Shown: positions 1-9,065, counted from the stretch's first letter. The stretch is 64,000 nt of DNA from Planctomycetota bacterium (GCA_965248575.1 CBDFJQ010000002.1:4320001-4384000), one strand, 5' to 3'. Numbers and translations are program-made. The notes: generated by a model not told the origin, from the sequence alone.

Positions 1-593
1 GCCAGGGCGGCGGCTTTGGCTGCGGCGAGCTGCTCGGCGCTGATTGGCGGGTGGACGGGTGCCGCACCGTGACCGGCCACGCCATCGAGCCCCGCTCCCA
101 TTGTGCTGGGCCGCACATCGTCGGCCGTGAGGGTGTCGCTCAGGAAGATCTTCACCGCCGGGTCGTCGGCTGTGACGAAGCGCCGGGCCGTACCTTGGAG
201 GTCACCGACTCCCGCCGCCGCGTCGCCATCGGCATCGAGGCGTGCCACCAGGACCCAGTTGCCCGCGATGGTGCCCGCCGATGCGAGGTGCCGGGCGTCG
301 AGGCTGAAGCTCATGGGCAAGGGCTTGGCCGGCAGCTTGCGAACCAGCTGCGGCGGGCCCTGGCGCGCATCTCGCCAACCCATGAGATAGATGCAGGCGA
401 AGGGCGTCTCACCCACGCCGACGATGGGGTCAATGTCGATGCTTCCACGCAGGCTGCGGGAGACGGCGGGGGGGCTGTTGGTCGCCGAGGCCGGTGCCGA
501 GTCGCCGCAGGCGCTCACGAGCAGGGCCAGGCCCAAGGCCAGGCTTCGGCCCAGTACGGGACGGGAAGGCCGCTGCAAATGTGGGGGGAGCAT
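1..593 (-). CDS. Lipoprotein with CycH/CcmI C-terminal Ig-like domain (partial, runs off the window start)
   Basis: Manual translation from ATG at 593: MLPPHL...LALGLALLVSAC (lipobox) ...GPPQLVRKLPAKPLPMSFSLD...VLVARLDADGDAAAGVGDLQG. This resembles the CycH C-terminal Ig domain. Absent from the ORF track because no stop lies in the window. Confidence 0.55.
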   Translation of the reverse strand, partial: MLPPHLQRPSRPVLGRSLALGLALLVSACGDSAPASATNSPPAVSRSLRGSIDIDPIVGVGETPFACIYLMGWRDARQGPPQLVRKLPAKPLPMSFSLDARHLASAGTIAGNWVLVARLDADGDAAAGVGDLQGTARRFVTADDPAVKIFLSDTLTADDVRPSTMGAGLDGVAGHGAAPVHPPISAEQLAAAKAAAL

Positions 594-694
594 GGCGGGG
601 CGTGCCGCGGGAGAAGGGGCCCGGCCGGGGCCGGGCGCGCATGATAGCTGTCTTGCTAGGATGCCGCAGACTCACCGCCTTCCGGAGCTTTCTT

Positions 695-1348
695 GTGGCC
701 GAGCAGCGTTCCATCTCCCTGCGCACCTACGTCTATCTGGATGTCCTCCAACCCCAGCTGGCGTCCTTTCTCGCCACGGTGAGCCAGGGCTACCTGCCCA
801 TCGAGGAGCAGGCCTCGCTCTTCGTGGAGATCCAGCCCGGCATCAGCATCAACCGGCTGACGGATGTGGCGCTCAAGGCGGCCGACGTCCAGCCCGGCAT
901 GCAGATCGTGGAGCGGGCTTTCGGCGTGCTCGAGCTGCACTCCTTCAACCAGAGCGAAGTGCGCGCTGCTGGCGAAGCCATGCTCGACCACATGGGCATG
1001 ACCGAAGAGGATCGCCTGCGACCCAGGGTGGTCACGAGCGAGATCATCACCGGTACGAACGAGTACCACACGATGCTCATCAACCGCTTCCGGCACGGCG
1101 ACCAGATCCTGAAGGGGCAGGCGCTCTACATCCTGGAGACGCACCCTGCCGGCTACGCGATCCTCGCGGCCAACGAGGCGGAGAAGGCCAGCCCCATCCG
1201 CCTGCTCGAGGTGATGACCTTCGGTGCCTACGGCCGCCTCTACCTGAGTGGCGGGGATGACGAAATCAAGGAGGCCGCAGCGGCCGCCGAAGCCTGCCTG
1301 GCCGAGATCACGGGCCGTCCCAACGAAGAAGTCGTGGATGTGCGCTGA
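695..1348 (+). CDS. Bacterial microcompartment shell protein, tandem permuted BMC-T (CsoS1D/CcmP-like)
   Basis: Motifs LRTYVYLDVLQPQLASF, VEIQPGISINRLTDVALKA, QIVERAFGVLELHS, YHTMLINR, LETHPAGYAILAANEAEKA, FGAYGRLYLSG. GTG start at 695 with GGAG upstream. Confidence 0.92.
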   Translation: MAEQRSISLRTYVYLDVLQPQLASFLATVSQGYLPIEEQASLFVEIQPGISINRLTDVALKAADVQPGMQIVERAFGVLELHSFNQSEVRAAGEAMLDHMGMTEEDRLRPRVVTSEIITGTNEYHTMLINRFRHGDQILKGQALYILETHPAGYAILAANEAEKASPIRLLEVMTFGAYGRLYLSGGDDEIKEAAAAAEACLAEITGRPNEEVVDVR

Positions 1349-1400
1349 GCTTGCCCCTCTCGCTCGTCGGCCCGGCCCGCTCCTGAACCGAGAACGAACC

Positions 1401-1994
1401 ATGATCCGTATCCGTCTGACGCTTGCCCTGCTCGCCCTGACCGTCCTGGCCGCCTGTGGTCCCACCTTCAGCCGGGCTTCGGACGACCCGAGCATCGACG
1501 AGCCCGCCATGTCCGTGCGGCTGGATCGCGCCGACCTCGATGTGGCCCTGGCCAGCTGGTACGAGCAGTTCAGCGACTCGGGCTTCGTGGCCGAGGTGCC
1601 CAAGAACGAGCGCAAGATCGCCATCCTGAGCATCGAGAACGACACGAGCGAGCACATCGGCTCGGCCCTGCGCAATCTCATCGAGGGCATGGAAACCAAG
1701 ATCGTCAACGACCGCGTCTTCCAGGTGGTGTCCAACGACGACCTGGTGGCCGATGCGATTACCCAGGAGCGCTTGCGTGACCTGGGTGAGAACGTCGACG
1801 CCACGACCATTGCAGCCCTCGGCAAAGAGTTCGGCATCCACTACTTCGTCCACGGCCGGGTGGGTGAGACGGCCGAGAAGGTGTCGGACACGCGCCGCGT
1901 GCAGTACTTCCTGTTCCTCAAGGTGACGGAAGTGGCCACGACCCAGCGCGTGTTCCAGCAGCAGATCCCCATCACGAAGCAAGTGGAACGCTGA
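1401..1994 (+). CDS. lpoB: Penicillin-binding protein activator LpoB-family lipoprotein
   Basis: Lipobox LAAC; IENDTSEHI, TIAALGKEFG and QYFLFLKVTEV...QIPITK match the LpoB pattern; next to a COG3014-like gene. Confidence 0.7.
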   Translation: MIRIRLTLALLALTVLAACGPTFSRASDDPSIDEPAMSVRLDRADLDVALASWYEQFSDSGFVAEVPKNERKIAILSIENDTSEHIGSALRNLIEGMETKIVNDRVFQVVSNDDLVADAITQERLRDLGENVDATTIAALGKEFGIHYFVHGRVGETAEKVSDTRRVQYFLFLKVTEVATTQRVFQQQIPITKQVER

Positions 1995-2026
1995 CGCACC
2001 ACCTCAGGGCGGGGGAGCACGGAAGC

Positions 2027-3352
2027 ATGGTGTCTCGGTTCTGTCTGTTGCTTGCCCTGTCGGGTCTCGCGTCCTGCGCCACCTACGACGAGCGCATCGT
2101 CACGGCGCAGCGGGCGTACTATGGCGGCAACCTGGACGCGGCCATCGGCGCCTTGGAGAAGGCGGCCAACGCTGAGCCCGTCGACAAGCACGTGGCTCAG
2201 TTGGAATTGGCCACGGCGCTGCAGGCGGCCGGCCGCTATGCCGAGTCGACCTGGTTGTTCGAGGAGGCCGACAATCGCCTGGAGGTGCTGGACTACACCA
2301 GCATGCCCCTGGCGGAGATGGCGTCCTTCCTGCTGGGTGGCGAATCCAACGACTATCGGGCCAGCCCCCCAGAGCGGGTGCTGGTGAACACCCTCAACAT
2401 GCTCAACTACCTGGGGCTGGAGGATCCGCAGGAAGCCGCCGTGGAGGCCCGGCGCCTGGCGATCCTGCTGGACCGCTCGGATGTCGATGCCGAGGAGCTC
2501 TACGCCAACCGCTTCGCCTGGAGCCTGGCGGGTTTCACCTTCGAGATGGCCCGGGACTGGCAGGAGGCCGAGGACGCCTGGCGGGCTGCCGAGGATTCGC
2601 CCCTGGCGGACCGCAGTTTGAGCGCAGGGGAGTTGGGCCCGGACGAGCAGGCGGGCACCGTGTTGCTCGTGGTGCAGCGCGGCAAGGTCCCCGTGCGACG
2701 GGAGTCGGTCTATTTGTTTCCCGTGGGCGGCGGCCTGCACAGCCTGCATGTGCCGACCCTGGTAGGAAGGGACACGCCTTTCACCTCGGCCACGGTGGCG
2801 GTGGATGGTGTGTTGCTCGGAGGGGTCCCTGAGCTGTTCAACCTGGGGGCCCACACCCAGAAGCGCTTCAAGGGTGAGTTCTCCCGTCTGCTGGCGGCGG
2901 CCATCACCCAGGCCATCCCGCGCACGGCGTTGACGGAAGACCTGCGGAAATCGGCCGTGGAGAAGTCGTCCAAGAAGGACAAGCCGGTCAAGAGCGCAGT
3001 GGCGGGCCTGCTCTCGTTCTTGCTCGACGAAGGTCTCGCAGCGCTCACCACGACGGACACGCGCAGTTGGTCCCTGTTGCCGGAGGCCTTTCATGCGCGA
3101 CGACTCAACCTCCCGCCGGGGACGCACACCGTGACGGTGCAGTTGAGCGGCAAGCAGTTGCGCAGCGTGTCCTTCGAGGTGGAGGTGAAGCCTGGGCGCA
3201 TGAGCTACCTCAACGTCACGACGGCGCTCTACGAGGGATTCCAGGAGTTGCCTCGCAGTCGTCGCAGCAACCTCAGCGGGCAACCGGAGGCGGAGCAGGC
3301 GCTGGAGATTCTGGAGGCTGCCTCGTGGTGGCGCGAACGGGTGGTGCGGTAG
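2027..3352 (+). CDS. COG3014-like TPR lipoprotein
   Basis: Lipobox LASC, TPR-like helices, YRASPPERVLVNTLNMLNYL, AAVEARR, DTRSWSLLP; adjacent to lpoB. Confidence 0.75.
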   Translation: MVSRFCLLLALSGLASCATYDERIVTAQRAYYGGNLDAAIGALEKAANAEPVDKHVAQLELATALQAAGRYAESTWLFEEADNRLEVLDYTSMPLAEMASFLLGGESNDYRASPPERVLVNTLNMLNYLGLEDPQEAAVEARRLAILLDRSDVDAEELYANRFAWSLAGFTFEMARDWQEAEDAWRAAEDSPLADRSLSAGELGPDEQAGTVLLVVQRGKVPVRRESVYLFPVGGGLHSLHVPTLVGRDTPFTSATVAVDGVLLGGVPELFNLGAHTQKRFKGEFSRLLAAAITQAIPRTALTEDLRKSAVEKSSKKDKPVKSAVAGLLSFLLDEGLAALTTTDTRSWSLLPEAFHARRLNLPPGTHTVTVQLSGKQLRSVSFEVEVKPGRMSYLNVTTALYEGFQELPRSRRSNLSGQPEAEQALEILEAASWWRERVVR

Positions 3353-3483
3353 GGGGTGCCAGGAGAGTGGTTCCCCATTCCGCGAATGCGGTGTAGGATC
3401 GGCGCCCTACTGGGAAGACACACGTTCTCGGTTCGAGTAGCGTGTGTTCCGTGAGAGCGCCGGGCAGGGCGACCACCGTGAGG

Positions 3484-3891
3484 ATGAGCGTGGTGCGTTC
3501 GCAGGTGATCTTCTGGCTGGTGCTTGGCGTCGTGGCCTTGGGGTCCGCTGAGCTGCTCGCCGACCCCTGGACGCACCGTTCCCTGAGCGAAAGCTTCGCG
3601 TCGACGGAAGCTGAGTGCGGGGGCGACTGCTGCTGCGAGGAGCTCCTTCCGGCCAGCACGGGCAGTTCTTCTCACCCTGCCGGAGCCCGCGTAGAAGTCG
3701 GCTGCCTGTGTTGTGCACCGGGCGGCCCCAAGGGCGCCTTGTCGAAGACTTGGGTGCCTTCTTGGGACTCGCTCGGGGAAGTGATCGACCTGTGTGTGCT
3801 TCCTATTGGGCATGAACTCCACGGTTGGGGGCCGGATCCGGCCTCCCTCGTCTTGGGCCCCGAGCCTCCCCCGCCTCGCTGGGCCGCCTGA
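3484..3891 (+). CDS. Small Cys-rich exported protein with Pro-rich C-terminus (DUF2946/CutF-like)
   Basis: Hydrophobic N-terminus, CGGDCCC and CLCC clusters, ends GPEPPPPRWAA. Confidence 0.5.
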   Translation: MSVVRSQVIFWLVLGVVALGSAELLADPWTHRSLSESFASTEAECGGDCCCEELLPASTGSSSHPAGARVEVGCLCCAPGGPKGALSKTWVPSWDSLGEVIDLCVLPIGHELHGWGPDPASLVLGPEPPPPRWAA

Positions 3892-4136
3892 GCTTCACGC
3901 TCTTCGACGCACCGTTCACTCAGCGTGAACGGCGGCTCGAAGACGTTTCTGGGGCACTTCTCCCTCGTGGGGAAGCGCTCCCCACTTACGGACCCGGCCA
4001 GCGCTCCTCATGGGGCCCAGCCTTCCGGTCCGCGCACGACTCTGGGCCTCGAGGGATCTCGAGGTTTCGCGGTCTGTCGAAGCCCAGGCCTGTTTCTAGC
4101 GAGTCGTTTCGACTCTCACATCCACAAAGCATTGGA

Positions 4137-4550
4137 ATGAAAACCATGAAGACTCTCGTCAGCTTGTCCCTCGTCTGCTTGCTCGCCGCTCCCATCCTGG
4201 CCTCCATCGATCCGGGCGCACCGTCCGCCTCACACCACATGGAGGAGACGGCAGCCGCCCTTCACAGCTACCTGCATGACTTCTACGAATCCTCCTATGG
4301 CGCTCACGGTCTGGAGACGGATTCGGACGCGATCCACGGCCGGCTTCACGATTGGTCGAACGGGAACGCCAGTGAGGCGGAGGTCGCTGCCGACATGGAC
4401 GCCCTGGATGCGTCGTGGAAGAACTTCAAGCAGACCATCCATCAGGCACAGGTGCTCAACAGTGGTGATGACACCTTGGATGACATGTTCAACGATGCGA
4501 AAGACGCCTACAAGACCCTTCGGTTCCTGCTGAAGAACGTCGAAGGCTAA
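4137..4550 (+). CDS. Secreted His/Asp-rich helical protein, possibly metal-binding
   Basis: Signal peptide MKTMKTLVSLSLVCLLAAPILA; regularly spaced His (HH, LHSYLH, AHG, IHGRLH). Confidence 0.75.
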   Translation: MKTMKTLVSLSLVCLLAAPILASIDPGAPSASHHMEETAAALHSYLHDFYESSYGAHGLETDSDAIHGRLHDWSNGNASEAEVAADMDALDASWKNFKQTIHQAQVLNSGDDTLDDMFNDAKDAYKTLRFLLKNVEG

Positions 4551-4652
4551 GGGAAGTCAACGAAGTGCTCGGGCGCTGGGACGTCCGATGTAGGAATGTG
4601 TGGGGCGGTCGTGCCGGCATGGCGTGGCCGCCCCTTTGCATTCCGACACGGC

Positions 4653-5711
4653 TCAGTCGGTCCGTTCCATCTCCCAACGGTCGTCGAGGGAGTCGGCGGC
4701 TTCCAGGCGCGTGGCCACGGCGATGACGGCGAGCAGCCGGATGAGCCTGCGGCCCGGGGGCGTGAGGGAGGCCAACGCGAACAGAACGAGTGCGCCGATG
4801 GCGGCGGGGTGGGGCAGGTTGAGCAAGCTGACCCAGTAGAAGGCTACGACACCCAGCAGGACCAGCCACGGTGCGGCGAGCGGCAGCACCCGGTAGGCCG
4901 CGAAGTGCAGGCGGTCGACCACGCCGACTCCCGGGGTCCCCGGCGGCAGCTTGCAGAGCCGTATGGCCTGCACATAGGCCCGGGCGCGGCGGATCTCCTG
5001 CGAGCGGCGGCCAGGGCCTTCAGGCGTCTTGACCTCCAGGAAGCGGGCGTCGTCCAGCTTGCGCACGGCGAAGCCCTGGAGGCGCACCTGGCGCATGAGG
5101 TCGATGTCGTCGGCGGCGACGCCTGGGGTGGCGGCAAGCTGTAGCTTGGCGCGCCACGCGAGCAGTTGCCCGTGGATGCTGAAGAGCCGGCCGCCCCGCG
5201 ACTCGAGCCCTCGCACCCAGGCGGTGATGCGGTCGTAGAGGCCGGCGGCAGGGGTTGGCGGCCCGCCCTCGGCCGAGCTGGGGCTGCCGTCAGCATTCAG
5301 GCTCGCCACGAACTCCTGCGAACCCGAGGCCATGCCCAACCGGCTCTCTGAGTCGAAGGCCTTCACCACGTGTTCGAGGGCCTGCTCCCGGAAGACCACG
5401 TCGGCGTCGCTGAGCAGCACGATGTCGACCAGGCCCTCGAGGGATGCGAGGCCCGAGGCGATGGCTCCCGCCTTGCCGGGTCGTGTGGTGTTGGGCACGA
5501 CCTCGGCACGGATCCCCTGTGTCGCGAAGAGCTCCTCCAACAGCTGGCGCGCCCGCGGCGCCGTGTCGTCCATGGAGCCGTCATCCACCACGATCAGGCG
5601 GTGCTCGCCGGCCGGCCACTGCAGCTGCGCGAGATTGCGCAGCTTGCGCCCGATGACGGCGGATTCGTTGCGGCAAGGGACCAGCACGCCGAGGCGCAGG
5701 GCGTCACTCAC
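4653..5711 (-). CDS. Glycosyltransferase family 2
   Basis: VLVPCRNE, VVDDGSMD, GKAGA, LSDAD, C-terminal TM helices. GTG start overlaps the upstream stop. Confidence 0.9.
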   Translation of the reverse strand: MSDALRLGVLVPCRNESAVIGRKLRNLAQLQWPAGEHRLIVVDDGSMDDTAPRARQLLEELFATQGIRAEVVPNTTRPGKAGAIASGLASLEGLVDIVLLSDADVVFREQALEHVVKAFDSESRLGMASGSQEFVASLNADGSPSSAEGGPPTPAAGLYDRITAWVRGLESRGGRLFSIHGQLLAWRAKLQLAATPGVAADDIDLMRQVRLQGFAVRKLDDARFLEVKTPEGPGRRSQEIRRARAYVQAIRLCKLPPGTPGVGVVDRLHFAAYRVLPLAAPWLVLLGVVAFYWVSLLNLPHPAAIGALVLFALASLTPPGRRLIRLLAVIAVATRLEAADSLDDRWEMERTD

Positions 5712-6832
5712 GGGCGCGGCGTGCCGACGGGCTTGGGAGTCGATTTGCCACCGGCCGTGGCCAGGGCGAGCTTGCCCCAGTTGCGCGGGTGGAAGAGCAC
5801 GTTGTCGGCCTGGGCACATTCCCACGTGCACTTGCAAAGGGTGTCGCGGATCTCGTCGCGCAGCGCGCTGGACGGGGGAGCGTTCCAGAGCTTGCCGAGA
5901 TCCCAGTCCACCTCGTTCAGGTTGCCGATGCTCTTGCCGAGGATCTCGCAGGGATGCACATCGCCGCCCTCGAAGATGACGGCGGAGAGCGAGCCGGCCG
6001 TGCAGGGCAGGTGCGTCTGGGAGCCCCCGCTGGCGACGCCCGCGATGTGCTCGTACATCATGCGGTCGCGCGCGGTGGCCAGTTTGGCGAAGGGGAAGTC
6101 GAAGTAGGGCAGGGCCCCCTCGTCCATCAGGCGACGCTTGGTCTGCACCACCTCCCGGTAGCGGGCCACGTCCACCTCGAGCAGGTGCTGCTCCATGGCC
6201 GTGCCCCGGGCCAGGTTGATGGTGACGTTGTCCGGGCGCAGCTCGCGCACCAGTTCCTCCAGGTGCTCGGCGAGCACGTGCTGGTTCTCGCTGGTGACCG
6301 TGAGGTTGATGCCCACGCCCATGTTCTTGTGGCCGGCCGCCTGCATGCGGTAGGCGCGCACGCTCGCCATCGAGCGCTCGTGGCCACCGTCCATCTGGCG
6401 GATGGAGTCGTGAATCTCCGGCGGACCGTCGAAGGAGACGGACACGGAGAGGTAGGTGTCGGGGTTCTCGCTGACCATGCGCTCGGCGATGTCCTGCTGC
6501 TGTGTCTCCACCAGGCCGTTGGTGGGGATGGCCAGGTGGCGCAGCCCGCGTGAGCCGAAGGACTTCGCCAGCTCAGGCAGGTCCTTGCGCAGGAAGGGTT
6601 CGCCGCCGCCGAAGCTCACCCAGAGCAAGGGGCCCATGCGCTGGCTGGACGCCGCCAGGCGGTCCACCTGTTCGACGGAAGGGCCCTTGATGCCGGCCGC
6701 GACCTCTTCCCAGTGGAAGCAGTGCCGGCAACGCAGGTTGCACGCCCCCGTCACGAACAGGGTGAGGTGCAACGGGGGGCCCTTGCGCAGCAGGCCCCGC
6801 CTGACGAACGGCAGATAGCGGAGGGGATTCAC
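5708..6832 (-). CDS. Radical SAM protein with SPASM/twitch domain
   Basis: CNLRCRHC, GGEPFLR, C-terminal PCTAG...GDVHPC...CKCTWEC. Confidence 0.92.
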   Translation of the reverse strand: MNPLRYLPFVRRGLLRKGPPLHLTLFVTGACNLRCRHCFHWEEVAAGIKGPSVEQVDRLAASSQRMGPLLWVSFGGGEPFLRKDLPELAKSFGSRGLRHLAIPTNGLVETQQQDIAERMVSENPDTYLSVSVSFDGPPEIHDSIRQMDGGHERSMASVRAYRMQAAGHKNMGVGINLTVTSENQHVLAEHLEELVRELRPDNVTINLARGTAMEQHLLEVDVARYREVVQTKRRLMDEGALPYFDFPFAKLATARDRMMYEHIAGVASGGSQTHLPCTAGSLSAVIFEGGDVHPCEILGKSIGNLNEVDWDLGKLWNAPPSSALRDEIRDTLCKCTWECAQADNVLFHPRNWGKLALATAGGKSTPKPVGTPRP

Positions 6833-6906
6833 GACGCGAGGATTCTAGCCCGGAAGCCGCTGCGGATGGTTCGCGAAGCTGGAGCGATGTCCGGGATCCC
6901 GAATTG

Positions 6907-6950
6907 AAGACGACCCCGTGGTGGGCAGATGCCATCCACGGGGTCGTCTT
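6907..6950 (-). terminator. Probable intrinsic terminator downstream of the mamK-like gene
   Basis: Perfect 15-bp inverted repeat AAGACGACCCCGTGG / CCACGGGGTCGTCTT; U-tract is weak. Confidence 0.6.
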
Positions 6951-7029
6951 GGAGTCCGTAGCTCAGGCCTGCGAAGAACCGGGTGGTGAGCTCAGGTTCT
7001 GCGCAGCGCTCCGAGCACCGGTACCGAGC

Positions 7030-8232
7030 TCAGCTGAGCTGTTCCCAGTACTCGGCCGGCATGTCCTTGGAGATCAGGAGCGCACCGTTGGCGCCCCCGA
7101 AGATGGGCTCCTCGACCTGCGTGACGTTGCCGCCACCGAGGTGCTCGTCCATGTAGGTGGAGATGGCTTCGGCGAGGCCGCGGATCTGGGAACCGCCGCC
7201 ACCCAAGAGCACGTTGTTCCGCAGGATCTCCTGGAACTCCGGGTCGAAAGAGGCCACCAGCTTGCCCAGCGCTTCGACGATGGGCGGAACGATGGTGAAG
7301 CAGGCTTCCTTCATCTCGTCCGTGATGTCGATATCGGTGGGCTTACCGTTGACGGGCCAGTTCACGATGATGGGCTCGGCCGTGGGGCGCACGGTGGAGA
7401 ACCTCTCCTTGGCGTCCACGATCATCTGATGGCTGAAGGACACCTCGGGGTGGTTCTTCTTGATCAGCTTGCTGAGGTTCTCGTCGATGACGTCGCCGCC
7501 GTGGTCGAGAGTCTGCTGATCCTCCTCCTCGGGCATGGTGCCGTGCATGCGGCAGAGGTCCGTGGTGCCGGCGCCGATGTCGATCACCAGGGCGTCGGTC
7601 AAGACGTTCATGCCGTAGGCCACGGAGAAGGGCTCGGAGCAGATGATGACCGAGTCGATGACTTCCTTGGCGGCCTCGAGGATGGCGTGCCGGTTGTTGA
7701 TGGACGCCTCAGCGGGCGCACCGATCACGCAGTAGACGAGGGAGTCGGCGGGGGCGTTGGCGGCGAGGATGGCGTTTTTCACCAGCTGGCGCGCGGCCTT
7801 CATGTTGGTGTTGGCCTCTTCGGCGCCCACATCAGCGGCACCGTCGGAACCCTTGATGACACCGGCTTCGAGCGGGCGGTAGACGTCCAGGGAGAGGCGC
7901 TTGGCGATGACGTCCTTGCCGAAGAGCACGTCCTTGCCGAGCAGCTTGCGGGAGACGACGTCCTTGGGGTAACCCACCAGGGACGGGAAGGATTCGCGCA
8001 CGCCGTTGCTGGCCGCGATGGCGGTGCGGGAGGTGCCCAGGTCCATGCCGATGTAGACGATGGCCTGCTCCTGGTCCTTCGACTCGTCGGTCTGGTCCTC
8101 AGGCGTACTGTCAGAGGACAGAGAGAGCGCTTGCTCCTCGCCAGCCTTGAGAGCCTTGCCAGCCTTGGCGGCTTGGGCGGTCGAGCTGTCGCCGTCGTTC
8201 GGGACGTTTTTCTTGCCAGTTGTGGTGACCAT
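7030..8232 (-). CDS. mamK: MamK-family actin-like protein
   Basis: GMDLGTSRT, VGYPKDVVSRKLLG, VIGAPAEAS, SEPFSVAYG, VIDIGAGTTDLCRMHGTMPEEEDQ, SFDPEFQ, GGGGSQIRGL, KDMPAEYWEQL. These signatures fit MamK rather than MreB. Confidence 0.9.
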   Translation of the reverse strand: MVTTTGKKNVPNDGDSSTAQAAKAGKALKAGEEQALSLSSDSTPEDQTDESKDQEQAIVYIGMDLGTSRTAIAASNGVRESFPSLVGYPKDVVSRKLLGKDVLFGKDVIAKRLSLDVYRPLEAGVIKGSDGAADVGAEEANTNMKAARQLVKNAILAANAPADSLVYCVIGAPAEASINNRHAILEAAKEVIDSVIICSEPFSVAYGMNVLTDALVIDIGAGTTDLCRMHGTMPEEEDQQTLDHGGDVIDENLSKLIKKNHPEVSFSHQMIVDAKERFSTVRPTAEPIIVNWPVNGKPTDIDITDEMKEACFTIVPPIVEALGKLVASFDPEFQEILRNNVLLGGGGSQIRGLAEAISTYMDEHLGGGNVTQVEEPIFGGANGALLISKDMPAEYWEQLS

Positions 8233-8285
8233 GGTGAATCAACCCTCTCGGTGTAGTGTGCGGAGGACAGGGCCCCCTCGGTCGG

Positions 8286-9065
8286 TCAGTCTTTGTTGAG
8301 CATTTGCCTGAGCTCGACGTTCAATTTGAAGATCTCGCCCAGCAGGTCCTTCTTCATTCCAAAGTTCGGATCGCCGGATTTGAGGCCTGGATCGACCTGT
8401 TCGCCAGCAATACCGGTGGGGTCCACACCTTCGGCGCGGGCCCTCTCCAGCATGTCTTCGGTTTCTTGGAGCTTTCGCTTGAGCTTTGAGATGCGGCGTT
8501 GCAGATGATTCAGGTTGGAGGCCTGGGCGGCCGCGGCGTTGGTGCTGAGCGCTGCCGCGTGCTCCTCGATGGCGGCATTCACCAGCTCGAGTGTTTTCTT
8601 GGTGAGGTCTTCGTGGATGCCCGCTGCGTTCTGGGTGTCGCTCACCTCGGCCGTGATGCGGCGCATGAGTTCGGCCACATCCTTCGGGATGCCGGCCTGC
8701 ACCGACTCCTGGGCGTGCTCGTACTCCTCGGTGGCCTTGTTCAGCTCGGAGGCGAGAGCCTGGCGGTTCTCGGCCAGCTCGTCCTTCTCGCGCAGCAGGG
8801 AATCCACCGTGCTCTGCAGGGCATCCCGCTCCTGCATCAATGAAAGGAACTCGTGGCGCACCTCGTCCTGGATGTCGCCCCGGTTCAGGTCGAGGCCCCG
8901 GCGCTGCAGGGTGTTCTCGATGGCGCGCTCGATGAGGGCCTGGATGTCCCGGAAGCTCAGCACGTTCACCGACTGGTGGCCGCGCTTCTTGAGGCCGTCC
9001 AGGGTGGTCCGCTGGGCCCGGCCGCGCATCATGTGGAACAAGTTGCGAGCGAGAGTGCGCGTCAT
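8286..9065 (-). CDS. Coiled-coil hypothetical protein upstream of mamK
   Basis: Heptad-rich E/K/L/Q segments, GC3-rich codon usage, 53 bp from the mamK start on the same strand. Confidence 0.8.
   Translation of the reverse strand: MTRTLARNLFHMMRGRAQRTTLDGLKKRGHQSVNVLSFRDIQALIERAIENTLQRRGLDLNRGDIQDEVRHEFLSLMQERDALQSTVDSLLREKDELAENRQALASELNKATEEYEHAQESVQAGIPKDVAELMRRITAEVSDTQNAAGIHEDLTKKTLELVNAAIEEHAAALSTNAAAAQASNLNHLQRRISKLKRKLQETEDMLERARAEGVDPTGIAGEQVDPGLKSGDPNFGMKKDLLGEIFKLNVELRQMLNKD

Noticed and set aside
494..694. Extended N-termini from the ORF track (also ORFs 1248, 3825, 9300, 21457 and 37525)
   Set aside because: The extensions are low-complexity R/P/G-rich; downstream starts with RBS or stop-start overlaps fit better.
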